From: a virus
Direction: 5' to 3' (one strand)
DNA: 64,000 nucleotides
IMG/VR virus record: IMGVR_UViG_3300034988_000024
In this document: positions 34,301 to 44,007 of the stretch, piece by piece
How the letters are laid out: every line of letters starts with the position of its first letter
How positions within the stretch are numbered: the stretch's first letter is position 1
Notes under the pieces: model-generated
What the model was told of the DNA's origin: nothing
Database searches by the model: none
Seen by the model: only the letters and a program-made list of their open reading frames with translations
Translations under genes and position numbers: made by a program

Positions 34301-34644
34301 TCCCGTCCACTTCCGACGAGGATCACCTGGTCGGCATTGATCTGCATCTTCTGCCGCTTGATGCCCTCGCTGTCCTCCCACTTCTTCGTTTCCATTCGTC
34401 CCGCGACGTAGATCGTTCGGCCGCGCTTGAGTAGGGTCGCCAGCGCCTTCGCTCTCTTCCCCCATATGATGACGTTGTGCCATTCCGCTTCGTCGGTCCA
34501 GTCCCCGTCGGCATTTCGTCGCCGCTCGTTGGTCGCGATCGAGAGGTTAAGGTAGGGAGTTCCTTTGCTCTTGGTCTCCCTGAGTTCGACCTCGCCACCG
34601 ATGTTGCCGAGAATCTCAGCTCGGTTCAGTCCTTCTTGCCCCAT
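34297..34644 (-). CDS. ssb: single-stranded DNA-binding protein (SSB)
   Basis: OB-fold SSB pattern LNRAEILGNIGGEVELRET...LSIATNE...WHNVIIWGKRAE...VAGRMETKKWEDSEGIKRQKMQINADQV. Confidence 0.75.
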   Translation of the reverse strand: MGQEGLNRAEILGNIGGEVELRETKSKGTPYLNLSIATNERRRNADGDWTDEAEWHNVIIWGKRAKALATLLKRGRTIYVAGRMETKKWEDSEGIKRQKMQINADQVILVGSGRD

Positions 34645-35470
34645 CTTCGTTGCCTTCCGTGAAAAGTGGGAGCCCCTCTGTGTCGTTCCCTGGGCTATGG
34701 GAAGAGGCCCCCTGGGATTTGCGGCCCTTGTGCTGCTCTTCTTTTTTGACCCGCCTTTTTCGCGGCTTCTTCTTTTTGACTTCAGGGGGTAGGTCCGACT
34801 TGCTGAGCAGCCTGTAAAGCATGTCGAACGACTCGTCGTTCATCGTCCAGTAGTGAGTCTGTTCAATGGTGCGGCAAAGCCATTCTCCGGGCCTTGCCTT
34901 GAGTCCCATGCCTGGCGTGTGACCGTAGGGTTCACCGCCTTCGGCTCGCTTGGCTTCAAGAAGGTGATTGGTCGATGCAATTCTATAGTAGACGCGCCAC
35001 TCAAACTCGTGCTCGGCGGCGAAGTCCGGATCGCGAGCCGCCTCTATCTTGGCCGGGTCGACGTAGAACATCCCAGGCGTGTAGTCTGCGTAGCGAACCG
35101 TGCGCTTCTGCTCGTAGATCTTCGTCTTCAGGGTGTCCTTGGTCTCAAGCCAGACGTAGGCGACGCCACTCTGTGGGGGACCGTCGAAGTGTGGCCTGAG
35201 GTTCTGTCGCTGGACCTGCTCGTCGTTGAACTCGATGAAGGCTCCGTAATCGCCGATAACAACTCGGACGTATCCGCGAGAGATAACGGTGTCCATTCTG
35301 TTTTTGATGAGGGTATGCGGTGTTCCAATGATTGGAATGCGGAGCTGCTCCTCGTAGTGCGCACGAACGAGCTTCGCCTCCTCCGGGTCAAGAGGAGCGT
35401 AGAAATTCGGCTGCCCCTTCCGCTTCTGGAGAGCGACTTTTTCGAGGACTTTTGAGAGCGTTGGGTCCAT
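34616..35470 (-). CDS. hypothetical protein with Lys-rich C-terminal tail (start trimmed to MDPTLSK)
   Basis: ORF; promoter motif with TTGACT -35 located directly upstream on its strand. Confidence 0.55.
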   Translation of the reverse strand: MDPTLSKVLEKVALQKRKGQPNFYAPLDPEEAKLVRAHYEEQLRIPIIGTPHTLIKNRMDTVISRGYVRVVIGDYGAFIEFNDEQVQRQNLRPHFDGPPQSGVAYVWLETKDTLKTKIYEQKRTVRYADYTPGMFYVDPAKIEAARDPDFAAEHEFEWRVYYRIASTNHLLEAKRAEGGEPYGHTPGMGLKARPGEWLCRTIEQTHYWTMNDESFDMLYRLLSKSDLPPEVKKKKPRKRRVKKEEQHKGRKSQGASSHSPGNDTEGLPLFTEGNEDGARRTEPS

Positions 35471-35477
35471 GGGCTCA

Positions 35478-35515
35478 GGGTTGCATATGTTACCCCCGAG
35501 AGGGGGGAAAGTCAA
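35478..35515 (-). promoter_or_regulatory. TTGACT, 17 nt, then TAACATATGCAACCC (minus-strand orientation), driving gene 34616-35470
   Basis: Reverse complement reads TTGACTTTCCCCCCTCTCGGGGGTAACATATGCAACCC. Confidence 0.55.
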
Positions 35516-36335
35516 CATCTGGGAGCACCAGCTCGGGCTCGAATCTGGCGAGGCGGCTCATCATCGCTCCGACGGCATGCGCGTTCGAGTCGACCATCGT
35601 GAAGATGCGCCCATTGCGCCCCGCGGCCTCACCGAATGTCCCACTGCCGGCGAAGAAGTCCAGAAGATGGTCTCCAGAGTTCGAGTGAACCTTCACTATC
35701 CGCTCGATGAGCCCGATGGGCTTCTGGGTCGGGTAGCCAGTCTTCTCCTTGCTGTTCGTCCCCACGATGGTGTGCCACCAGACGTCGCCTATGGGCTCGT
35801 CGCCGACTTCGAGACCTGGAGCTTTGAAAACGATCTTTTCGGCCTCTTCAATGTTGAAAACGTAGTCCTCAGGATTCTTGGCGTACCAGAGAATGGTGTC
35901 GTGCTTGGTAGGCCACTTATACTTCGATCGGCCACCGAAGTCGTAGGCCCAGATGATCTCTCCCATGAAGCAATCAGAGCCAAAGACCTGATCGAGGACG
36001 ACCTTGATGTAGTGGACCTCGCGATAATCCAGGTGGACGAACAGTGAACCATTCATCCTGAGGATTCTTCGAGCCTCGGCCAGGCGTGGCTCCATGAAGC
36101 CTATGAAGTCGGCAGAATAGTCGTCGTAGGAGCCCGAGTCCGCAAGCTTCTCGGTTCGGTATCGAGCGCCGCCAAAGCCCTGGCGGTTGCCTTCGTCGTC
36201 GCGAATGGTCCTGATGCGCTGCCGCCGCTGCCGCTTGCCCGTGTTGAAGGGCGGGTCGATGTAGATGAGGTCGTAGTGCTCGTCAGGCTCGTCGACCAGC
36301 CATGGAAGGTTGTTCCGGTGGATGACTCGGTTCAT
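35490..36335 (-). CDS. DNA methyltransferase (beta-class N6-adenine/N4-cytosine)
   Basis: Motif IV IYIDPPF precedes motif I FFAGSGT; start trimmed to MNRVIH. Confidence 0.75.
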   Translation of the reverse strand: MNRVIHRNNLPWLVDEPDEHYDLIYIDPPFNTGKRQRRQRIRTIRDDEGNRQGFGGARYRTEKLADSGSYDDYSADFIGFMEPRLAEARRILRMNGSLFVHLDYREVHYIKVVLDQVFGSDCFMGEIIWAYDFGGRSKYKWPTKHDTILWYAKNPEDYVFNIEEAEKIVFKAPGLEVGDEPIGDVWWHTIVGTNSKEKTGYPTQKPIGLIERIVKVHSNSGDHLLDFFAGSGTFGEAAGRNGRIFTMVDSNAHAVGAMMSRLARFEPELVLPDVDFPPSRG

Positions 36336-36685
36336 TGTATATCTTGGCAAAGCGGACAGGTTCGAGAGAGCCCATCGTGTTTGACTGGGAGCGTCCTGAA
36401 CCACTCGATGTCGAAGACGAGCCAGTAGATTTCATATCCCCAGTCAGGGCATTTTCCGATAAAAATTTCTGCCCTGTCGGTGACAGTTGTTCCGTCAGGG
36501 GCATAAACGTGCTGTGGCATGCCAGGGTGTTCGAGCGGTACTCTGTAGGTGAGCTTGAATCCCTCAATGTCAAAATAGACGAAACCGTCTAAAACTCGGC
36601 AGTTTGTTATGGTAGCTCGTTCGAGCTTTTCCTCAAGCCAGCACGGTCTCGATGTGGTACCCAGATTGATGGACTGATCAGGCAT
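36332..36685 (-). CDS. hypothetical protein (ATGA-coupled to the MTase)
   Basis: ORF, start trimmed to MPDQSIN. Confidence 0.45.
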   Translation of the reverse strand: MPDQSINLGTTSRPCWLEEKLERATITNCRVLDGFVYFDIEGFKLTYRVPLEHPGMPQHVYAPDGTTVTDRAEIFIGKCPDWGYEIYWLVFDIEWFRTLPVKHDGLSRTCPLCQDIQ

Positions 36686-37568
36686 CGGACCCCTCCTGCG
36701 CGAACGGCTTGCCGTTCTGTGCTGCCTCTCTGACGAGGTCCATTTCATCCATAGGCTGCTCTGGCTTCACCTGTGTCTTGGCGACCTCGATGTTCTTGAG
36801 CATCTCACCGTCGACAATTGCCATTGATGGAACCCAGCCTGAGCCCTTGACGAACTGCACGACAGCATCGCGGCTCGGTGGCTCTCTCTCCTCCGGGGGT
36901 TTTTGGTGCTCGAAGTAGTCTCCGCCTTCTACAAGGTATTCGACCAGCGCTTCCGCGGTCTCGAAAACAGGAGTGGTTGGCGATCCCTCGCTGACATGTT
37001 CCCAGACCTGCCATCCTTCGCCTTCAGGAGGCGGCGTTTCTTTCCATTCGTCGCAGTGCTTCTTGTGAGCGTCGTCTCGATATCTGCGACCTGTTCCGTC
37101 GCACACATGGCACTTCGTTTCGATGCCTGCCTTCTTTGCCCTGTGGCCGCATACGATCCACTGGTTGATTGAGTCATGGACCATTGGGCTCGTTCTGGAG
37201 GCTTCGTTGACGACCTCGGCCGGAGGGTAGTACTGCGATCCGTCCTCGTTGAGAATAGGCACCCACTTCCTCTGTTCGCGGTCCCACGTTGCCGAGAAGT
37301 GCCAAAGACGATGATTGTCGACGAGGAGATTGACCTCTTCCTGGGTAAGCTGATGCTGCGTTGCGGTGTCGTCCTTGGTAGTAGGGTTCCAGTGCCCCTC
37401 TGGATTCCCCCAGTACCACTCGTTCACCAGTGCCTTCATCTCCTTCGATTCTCCACTGCCACCGCAGTTAGGGCATTTTAGTGGCGGATCGGGATTGAGA
37501 AAGCCTCCCCACGTCTTGCCCATCGGCCACTTGAAGTCGATCGGAACTCTTTTGATTTCGCGTCCCAT
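36678..37568 (-). CDS. hypothetical protein with zinc-finger motifs
   Basis: CPNCGGSG and CHVCDGTG motifs. Confidence 0.5.
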   Translation of the reverse strand: MGREIKRVPIDFKWPMGKTWGGFLNPDPPLKCPNCGGSGESKEMKALVNEWYWGNPEGHWNPTTKDDTATQHQLTQEEVNLLVDNHRLWHFSATWDREQRKWVPILNEDGSQYYPPAEVVNEASRTSPMVHDSINQWIVCGHRAKKAGIETKCHVCDGTGRRYRDDAHKKHCDEWKETPPPEGEGWQVWEHVSEGSPTTPVFETAEALVEYLVEGGDYFEHQKPPEEREPPSRDAVVQFVKGSGWVPSMAIVDGEMLKNIEVAKTQVKPEQPMDEMDLVREAAQNGKPFAQEGSDA

Positions 37569-37577
37569 GCGGTCCCC

Positions 37578-37967
37578 TTAGTTGTCTTCGATGTTGTGAG
37601 AAACTTCGTATGCGGATGCGCCGCCTGCTGCCAATACGATAACGTAGGCTGTCCCATAACGAGGTTGCCGGCGCAGGATGATTTTGAGGTCAGGAACTCT
37701 ATCCACGATGAGCTTGACGGTCTCCCTCGGGATGATTCCACGGGCGATAGGGGTCATACCCTGCTCGCGGAGCTTCTGCCATTGCGCTTCGTTGTCAGGC
37801 ATCAGTGCGTCAGCGAGTGGTCGCCAGTCAGGGTCGTCTACCTCGATGGCGATAATGGCGAATTCTCTGATGGCCATCTTCTTGACGTTAATGGCTCGCC
37901 AGGCGAGTTGTGAAAGTCGGTCGATTTGCCCTTCAAAAAGCTCCTCGCGTCGTTCTTGTCCGGTCAT
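37578..37967 (-). CDS. hypothetical protein (129 aa)
   Basis: ORF. Confidence 0.45.
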   Translation of the reverse strand: MTGQERREELFEGQIDRLSQLAWRAINVKKMAIREFAIIAIEVDDPDWRPLADALMPDNEAQWQKLREQGMTPIARGIIPRETVKLIVDRVPDLKIILRRQPRYGTAYVIVLAAGGASAYEVSHNIEDN

Positions 37968-38320
37968 TGTTTTCGTGTTCTATCTATGTTCGGGATCGGG
38001 TTTTCAGGGCCGAATAGCTCCCTCGGTCCCGATCGGAATGGGTTGTTGGGCATGATGCAGTTGTCGGTCGGTCCAATGATGAAAAGGTTTTTCCCAAGCA
38101 CTCTCCACTGATAGAGAGCACACCAGTGTCGCTGATTCTGTTCATCCCATTGAAGATGCAGGCAGGGGAGGTCGGGGTACCAAGGCTCGTTCCGAAGGAC
38201 GTGTGACGCCATCGAAACGCTGCAGGGGCTATGGCAGCAGCAATATCCGCAGCCAACACACTTCTTGGTCGACCCGTATTTTTCCGAAGACGACATCAAA
38301 CCGGCCAGCTTTTCAAGCAT
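37964..38320 (-). CDS. Cys-rich hypothetical protein
   Basis: CVGCGYCCCHSPC cluster. Confidence 0.4.
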   Translation of the reverse strand: MLEKLAGLMSSSEKYGSTKKCVGCGYCCCHSPCSVSMASHVLRNEPWYPDLPCLHLQWDEQNQRHWCALYQWRVLGKNLFIIGPTDNCIMPNNPFRSGPRELFGPENPIPNIDRTRKQ

Positions 38321-38360
38321 TTTGACCTCCGATGTCAGTATAACCCCAAGCCCGCTTTTC

Positions 38361-38996
38361 TTAGCGGCTCCTCAGCTCGTCGTTAAGAATCGCCAGGCAT
38401 TCGGGGCAGAGGGTGCTGGAATGAACGCCGATCCGAGTGAGCTTGCGCCAGTCCTCCTTCATCACCCGCATCTGAGTGCAGAGGACGTGAGCGGATTCTT
38501 CGTCCTTGTTTCCGGTGAGCGCGTGGGCCACCACGTTCCTTTCGCCGATGTGCTTTTTTTCTCGGTACCAAGCCCGGTCTTGGAAGCCAACCGTCCTTTT
38601 TCTCTCGGCTTCCAGGGCGCGCAGATGGGAGAGGGTGTCGCGCTCCTTGTTGGTCAGCTCGCCGCGCTCCAGAAATTCTTCAAGCCAAATCGGAAAGCCG
38701 TTTCGGAGGCACATATATTCCAGGGCCTCTCGGAAAATCAGGGCTTCGTCCACTTGTGGATTCGTCCTGAGGACTTCTATGATTCGCATGGCGTCGGTAT
38801 CGAAAGCCGTTCGAGTGCTTTCGCTTGTTTCATCAAACGGTGTTTCTGTAAATTCCTCCCAAAACTTGACGTCGCGGGCTTCGAGCGAGCCGTCGCCGGT
38901 CGTTGGGTGCTTGAGTAGTTGGGAGAGAATGTTGCCCACGACTCCGGTCGCGACGCCGTGGACTATTTGAGACAATTGCTTTCTAAGATTCTCCAT
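38361..38996 (-). CDS. hypothetical protein (211 aa)
   Basis: ORF; C-terminal CPEC. Confidence 0.5.
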   Translation of the reverse strand: MENLRKQLSQIVHGVATGVVGNILSQLLKHPTTGDGSLEARDVKFWEEFTETPFDETSESTRTAFDTDAMRIIEVLRTNPQVDEALIFREALEYMCLRNGFPIWLEEFLERGELTNKERDTLSHLRALEAERKRTVGFQDRAWYREKKHIGERNVVAHALTGNKDEESAHVLCTQMRVMKEDWRKLTRIGVHSSTLCPECLAILNDELRSR

Positions 38997-39399
38997 CCTT
39001 TATCACCTGTTCCGCCTGTGCGATGTATTCCTTGGCCGCTTTGGTGTACTCGTCCCTGCTCTTGCCTTCGCGAGCGAGCTTGCCGATGAGCTTGTGCATG
39101 TTCCCGATGATGTCGTCGGGGAGCGTCTCGACCTTGGCGCCGAGAATCGGGTGCTCAATGCCGAGTTCTCTCCAGATTCCGGCCGTCTTCTTCTCCCTGA
39201 CGGCTTCGAGGGCGAGGGTGTTGCCGATGTTGAATTTGACCAGCTCGTCGAGGGTCATGCCGTACTCGGTCAGGGGGTGTCGTCCGAGCCACGCGCGGTA
39301 GTCGTCGTGAAGCTGCGTCGCCTGCTCCTTGTTTTCGACGCTCGCGACCAGAATTTGAAGGCTGGCGGTTGCGAAATGTTCGGGCTTTTCGTAGGCCAT
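38983..39399 (-). CDS. hypothetical protein, paralog A
   Basis: Shares MAYE..RLHDDY..ELVKF.IG..IWR.LGIEHPILG blocks with 39464-39889. Confidence 0.5.
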   Translation of the reverse strand: MAYEKPEHFATASLQILVASVENKEQATQLHDDYRAWLGRHPLTEYGMTLDELVKFNIGNTLALEAVREKKTAGIWRELGIEHPILGAKVETLPDDIIGNMHKLIGKLAREGKSRDEYTKAAKEYIAQAEQVIKDGES

Positions 39400-39463
39400 T
39401 GTGTTCTCCTTATCCTGCTGTCACGACCATAACCCGTGGGGCGTGTGCTTTTCCATAATTAAC

Positions 39464-39889
39464 CTACTCCTGCGACTTCATTGCGTCCTTGACGAAGTCG
39501 AACTCGGACATCTCTTGATGGACGACGTCGCGAGCGGCTTCGATGGCTTTTCTGAAGCCGAGTCCTTTTTTCGTGGCTTCTGAAAACGCCATCCCGGACT
39601 TCATGATGACTGTCGGCGGGACCTCGTAGAGCTTGTCGCCCAGGATGGGGTGCTCGATGCCCATCTTTCGCCAGATCTCGATCTGCTTGGGACCGGCACC
39701 GTAGCCCAGCGCGTAGCCGATGTGGAACTTGACCAGCTCGGGAGCTGTCAGCTCGTGCTCCAGTGTTTGAGTTCCGACGAAATAGAAGTAGTCGTCATGG
39801 AGACGCTGAGCCTCCTCGGCGGTGTGAACTTTGAGGACCAGGCTGTTGATCTCTCCGTCTTTGAATTCCTTGCGTGATTCGTAGGCCAT
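39464..39889 (-). CDS. hypothetical protein, paralog B (start trimmed to MAYESRKEF)
   Basis: Paralog alignment. Confidence 0.5.
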   Translation of the reverse strand: MAYESRKEFKDGEINSLVLKVHTAEEAQRLHDDYFYFVGTQTLEHELTAPELVKFHIGYALGYGAGPKQIEIWRKMGIEHPILGDKLYEVPPTVIMKSGMAFSEATKKGLGFRKAIEAARDVVHQEMSEFDFVKDAMKSQE

Positions 39890-39890
39890 G

Positions 39891-40847
39891 TCAGTCTCCG
39901 AGTATCTCGTTTCTGTTGTCGATGGGGATAAACCCATCAAGCTGTTGTTCCTTGATTTGGATGAACACGTCGTAGGCGCTCTGCTTCGTCTTGTAGACGT
40001 CTAGGGGGAGGTTAGCGATCCAGAAGACCTGCTCGGCTGTCAGCGTGAGGTGGTAGGGTTCGAAGTCGAGGGGGTCGCGCTCCATTATATCGGGATCGAG
40101 GGGGTCGCGCAGGTGTGCGCCCACGTCCTCAAGATCCATGACGACTTCTTCCATCCACTCGAACTCATATGTCTTCTCGGCGTCCTCGTCGAAATCTGGC
40201 CATGGGTTACGTTGGGCTATCATACCGAGGAGTTTGTTGCCTCCGCGGTCGTATTCGCCGGAGTTCTCTCCAATCCAGATGTAGGGCTCCTTGGCCTCGA
40301 AGCTCCAGCGCGTTGGATCCATGATGCGGCCGTCGGGGAGAAGTATCCATCCGTGCCGAATGAAAGGGTGCTCGCTACGAGCTGCCCAATAGCCGTCTTC
40401 TGAAGCTCCGCCAAGGAAGTGTCCGTACACAGCCTCTCCCTCAACGAGTCCTTTTTCTACGATCTGGCAGGCGACGCCATAGCAGTTGCCCTCCCATTTT
40501 TCGATGGGCCAGTCGATGGCCTTTTCGACCTCTTCGATAGTCAATTGCATGTTTTGCTCTTTTCTGCGCAGGCATGCTGTGTAATGACCCTGGCCTCCGC
40601 TTAGATCGAACATCTCCCATTCACCTTCGAATTCTGCCATCTGCTCCTCGAACCCCTTGGTGATGTTGTCGTTGGAAACGCTCCACGTGTAGAACGCCAT
40701 CTCCACCGGGACTCCACTCAGGATGTAGATAGTGCCATACCAATCGTTGTTTGGTCCTTTGTAGCTGAAATCTTTTGTGCTGACGTCTTCGGGGAGCGCT
40801 GCGGCTTCCTTGCCATAGATCATCTCTCTGTACTTCTGGTAGCTCAT
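39891..40847 (-). CDS. hypothetical protein (start trimmed to MSYQKY; ATGA-coupled to the radical-SAM gene)
   Basis: The Arg-rich N-terminal extension in the ORF track is a frame overlap with the upstream gene. Confidence 0.5.
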   Translation of the reverse strand: MSYQKYREMIYGKEAAALPEDVSTKDFSYKGPNNDWYGTIYILSGVPVEMAFYTWSVSNDNITKGFEEQMAEFEGEWEMFDLSGGQGHYTACLRRKEQNMQLTIEEVEKAIDWPIEKWEGNCYGVACQIVEKGLVEGEAVYGHFLGGASEDGYWAARSEHPFIRHGWILLPDGRIMDPTRWSFEAKEPYIWIGENSGEYDRGGNKLLGMIAQRNPWPDFDEDAEKTYEFEWMEEVVMDLEDVGAHLRDPLDPDIMERDPLDFEPYHLTLTAEQVFWIANLPLDVYKTKQSAYDVFIQIKEQQLDGFIPIDNRNEILGD

Positions 40848-41788
40848 TGCTTTGCATCTCCGGGCCATGGTTTGAGTTCGCGCTGTATTTCCTCTTCGTC
40901 CCAATCCTTCCACGTCCCTTTTGCGCGCGTCCGAGCATCGGCACCTTGTTGTTCGTTGGCTTTTAAATAACCTTCGACGACGAAGTAGAGGTCGCTGAAG
41001 GTTCCGTCGGTGAAGTAGTTGTAGCTGTTGACGGTCGTCTTGACGGTTCTCCAAAAGACGACGTCCATGCCGTAGATGTCGAAGACGTCGGCATCTCCCC
41101 AAAGCTGCGCCTTGATCGGAAAGATCTGCCTGACCTGCGTGTAGACCTCCTCGTAGGCGATCATGTCAGGGATCAACTCCTCGACGCGCGTGTCCGTCGA
41201 GACGCGGCGCACCTGGACATAGCGAACGTTTGGGAACCGCTTGATGTAGCGGAGCAGCTCCCAGAACTCGAATCGATTGCAGCGGTTTAGCACGATCGAG
41301 ATGCGGGGGTGCTCGGTGTTGGGGATGATGGTCTCCCACTCGGGGTGCTTGCGGCGTCCCATGATCATCCGTAGCGTCGTCGTGCGCAGCGAATGGATGG
41401 AGTAGCCGACGCTGCAGTTGCACCGGTTGATGGTGTCGAGTAGCCCTGGGGCCTCGTAGCCATTCGTGCGCAGGCCGACGCGGAAACCGCGGCCTTGGAG
41501 GTGAGCGATCAGCTCGTCGACGTACTGGTAGAGCAACGAATCAGTGTTTTGACCGGTGACGTAGACCTTCTGGATGCCGTCGGCCTTGCAGCGGTCCAGG
41601 AAGGGCTCGAAGTTCGCCCACTCCTCGAAGTGCGTCTTGCGCTGGTCGTGCGGGGCGAGCTGGTCGCGAATGTCTTCGCCCAAGCAGAAGTAACACCGGA
41701 CGTTGCAGCGCCCGAGGAGGTTGATGTTCGCGAACGTGGGGGCTTCGCGGTCTCGCTGCTTGTCGGTGTTGATTAGGAGGTTGGTCAT
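40844..41788 (-). CDS. radical SAM protein (second copy)
   Basis: CxxxCxxC motif CNVRCYFC. Confidence 0.65.
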   Translation of the reverse strand: MTNLLINTDKQRDREAPTFANINLLGRCNVRCYFCLGEDIRDQLAPHDQRKTHFEEWANFEPFLDRCKADGIQKVYVTGQNTDSLLYQYVDELIAHLQGRGFRVGLRTNGYEAPGLLDTINRCNCSVGYSIHSLRTTTLRMIMGRRKHPEWETIIPNTEHPRISIVLNRCNRFEFWELLRYIKRFPNVRYVQVRRVSTDTRVEELIPDMIAYEEVYTQVRQIFPIKAQLWGDADVFDIYGMDVVFWRTVKTTVNSYNYFTDGTFSDLYFVVEGYLKANEQQGADARTRAKGTWKDWDEEEIQRELKPWPGDAKQ

Positions 41789-41964
41789 TCGTGTTCTCTG
41801 CTCGATGTGATGTTGTGAAGCTCGTTGAATCCAAACACGTACTTGTGTCCACCTCGGGCCATGACCAGTGCGTCCGCGTCGTTGTTGAGCGAGTCGAGGA
41901 TCTCTACGTCGCCAACGACCTCATGCCATGCCCACATGGCTTCAGGGTCTCGCCACTCGATCAT
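41785..41964 (-). CDS. small hypothetical protein
   Basis: ORF 41785-41985; internal ATG at 41964 is ATGA-coupled to the upstream small gene. Confidence 0.35.
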   Translation of the reverse strand: MIEWRDPEAMWAWHEVVGDVEILDSLNNDADALVMARGGHKYVFGFNELHNITSSREHE

Positions 41965-42128
41965 GGCTCGTCCTTGGGCGGGCAAGTGAACTCCTCGTCA
42001 GAGATCTCTTCGAGTACCCAGCGGAGCGCTTCTTCAACGCCCTCCTCGTAAGTCATGCCGCCGTACTTCGTCGACCCAGCGGGAGGTAGTCGGTCGAGCA
42101 CTTCTTCAATTTCGTCTGCAGCTCTCAT
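41961..42128 (-). CDS. small hypothetical protein (55 aa, MRAADEIEEVLDRL...)
   Basis: Not in the track (under 60 aa); ATG lies 9 nt downstream of the promoter motif. Confidence 0.35.
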   Translation of the reverse strand: MRAADEIEEVLDRLPPAGSTKYGGMTYEEGVEEALRWVLEEISDEEFTCPPKDEP

Positions 42129-42137
42129 GGTCAAAAA

Positions 42138-42151
42138 GTAGCATATGCAAC
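42138..42151 (-). promoter_or_regulatory. motif GTAGCATATGCAAC (minus orientation GTTGCATATGCTAC), 9 nt from the ATG
   Basis: Sequence seen directly. Confidence 0.5.
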
Positions 42152-42206
42152 ATTGATTGGGAAGCCTTTTTTCTGAGTAATACGAAAGCTTTGTGCGTCT
42201 TGAGGA

Positions 42207-42491
42207 CTATTTATTAGACGGAATGACAGTGACCACCGGAATAAACACCGGCTTGTGAGGAAACGAAGCCGATCCCAGCCGAAACACTTTTTTCCAGTGC
42301 GGATTTTCAGTGACAGTGAGCGTTGTCTCTTGCGGCTGATCGCCGTCTTTCGGCGCAAGAGCCATTTGGATAGTGTGACCCTTCGCCGGGAGCGCCACAA
42401 AGCGTTCGTCGACCTCTTTTGGCCAGTGGCGACGACCCTTTTCGATTCGGATGATACAAGGGATACGGTGGTTCATTGAAAATTGCTCCAT
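42207..42491 (-). CDS. hypothetical protein (94 aa)
   Basis: ORF. Confidence 0.4.
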   Translation of the reverse strand: MEQFSMNHRIPCIIRIEKGRRHWPKEVDERFVALPAKGHTIQMALAPKDGDQPQETTLTVTENPHWKKVFRLGSASFPHKPVFIPVVTVIPSNK

Positions 42492-42830
42492 GGGGCTGAA
42501 ATCAAGCCGATCGCCGATTTTATCAAGGTGAGAGGCCCTTTGGGGGCACTATGTTTTTATTGCAGAATCACCTTGACCGTTTTTTTACCCATCTTGGGGA
42601 CGCCGGCCGAGCTTAGTGGCGATCGATCGTTTCCAACCGTTCACTGGAAATTTTTATTGCGTAAGGATTCCGATAAGTTGTGAGTCAGCTTGATTTCGGT
42701 TTTATGCCAAAGAGCGCCTAAGTGCCCGAAATCACACGATTCTGTACCCATGATAATCTAGCTTTTCGGGGGTACAGATCGATTTGGGAGATCTGCACCC
42801 TCGATCGATCAGTCAAGCGGATTCATGTTG
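42492..42830. other. about 340-nt noncoding, repeat-rich, lower-GC region: TGGGGGCACT x2 direct plus inverted copies AGTGCCC and GGGGGCAT, TTTTTATTGC x2, and a 9-bp-stem hairpin TCTGTACCC/GGGTACAGA
   Basis: Seen directly; candidate origin, regulatory hub or small RNA locus. Confidence 0.4.
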
Positions 42831-43187
42831 TTGAGATCATTGGGGGCACTGCGCTCTCAGCTTGACATTCTTACGCAAGTACTCACAATGCCCCCTCGTG
42901 AGCGATCCGGGGTAGTGATCGCCAGAGGTGACGATATGATGGGTCAGAGGGGGGCAGCAAGAGAGCTTGAGCCCCAGGAGAGCTGCATTACGCCGCAACC
43001 GGTGGCTGTTACGCCGCAAGAGGCAATTTCTGAACACTTGTCAGTGCATCAGTGCCCTTACTGCCTGAGCAAGCGGACGAATATGGCGATTTGTGGGTGG
43101 ACACACCGCATCATGCAGTGCGATGTCTGCGAACGACAGTGGCTAATCGATCGAAAGGGCGACGTCGTCGCTTTCGACAACGGTTGA
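42825..43187 (+). CDS. zinc-ribbon hypothetical protein
   Basis: CPYC...CGW...CDVC. Confidence 0.4.
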   Translation: MLLRSLGALRSQLDILTQVLTMPPRERSGVVIARGDDMMGQRGAARELEPQESCITPQPVAVTPQEAISEHLSVHQCPYCLSKRTNMAICGWTHRIMQCDVCERQWLIDRKGDVVAFDNG

Positions 43188-43188
43188 G

Positions 43189-43833
43189 CTACGCCGAGAC
43201 ACGTTTCTTGAAGGCATCCAGCGAGATAGCTTGCAGGTTCTTCACCTTATCCCGCAGCTCCTGAGCGTTTTCGCCGCCGAATCTCTCGTAGGTGGCAAGG
43301 AATTCCTCCCAGGTCGGCTTGATGGACTTCACGTACTTGCGTGTTCGCCGGATTTGCGCGTCGCCCCACGGAGCGAAGCCCTGTCCCATGCCGAGCTGAC
43401 GGCATAGGTGCCAGTCCGTCGCCGTCTGGAAGGCAAATCGGTCGAACAGAAGCATCTCCCAGTCCATCGTGTGGAAGATGAACGCGAAGAAGTCACACTT
43501 CGCGCGCCTGTTGATGCCGAATCCCTGATACCACTCGTCCCCGTGCAGCCATTTGATCCAGATGTCGATGTAAATGCATTTAAAGATGTTGGATCGAAAC
43601 TTCTCTTCTATTCGGTGAAGCCCTTCGTCGGCAATAACGATCTTGTCGACGAGCTGTTGTTGGTGCTTGTTGTACTCGCCGTCGTCGCTGACCTGGTGAT
43701 GAGTGACTCGACCGAGGAGGTGCGGATGCTTTTTGTAGCCTTCGAGGACTCGTGGGTCCATTGAAAGCTGGCGGGTGCTGTCGATTCGTTCCTTGACGTC
43801 GTGATACGTTGCGGTTTTGCGGCCTCGGCTCAT
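43189..43833 (-). CDS. hypothetical protein (start trimmed to MSRGRK; SD GGAGGG)
   Basis: ORF. Confidence 0.5.
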   Translation of the reverse strand: MSRGRKTATYHDVKERIDSTRQLSMDPRVLEGYKKHPHLLGRVTHHQVSDDGEYNKHQQQLVDKIVIADEGLHRIEEKFRSNIFKCIYIDIWIKWLHGDEWYQGFGINRRAKCDFFAFIFHTMDWEMLLFDRFAFQTATDWHLCRQLGMGQGFAPWGDAQIRRTRKYVKSIKPTWEEFLATYERFGGENAQELRDKVKNLQAISLDAFKKRVSA

Positions 43834-44007
43834 GGTTCCCTCCATTTCTAGCCGTTGCCACACCCTCCTTCGAAAGTTTGGGGTGTTGGTTTGCGTCGGT
43901 GCAAGCGCGAGTCGCGCTTTTTGTTAAAAATGTGTGTCTTATTATTACACGCCCTCTCGGGATCACTTCGGAGCTGCGGTGAGAACGCTTTTTCATGCTT
44001 GCCCGAG

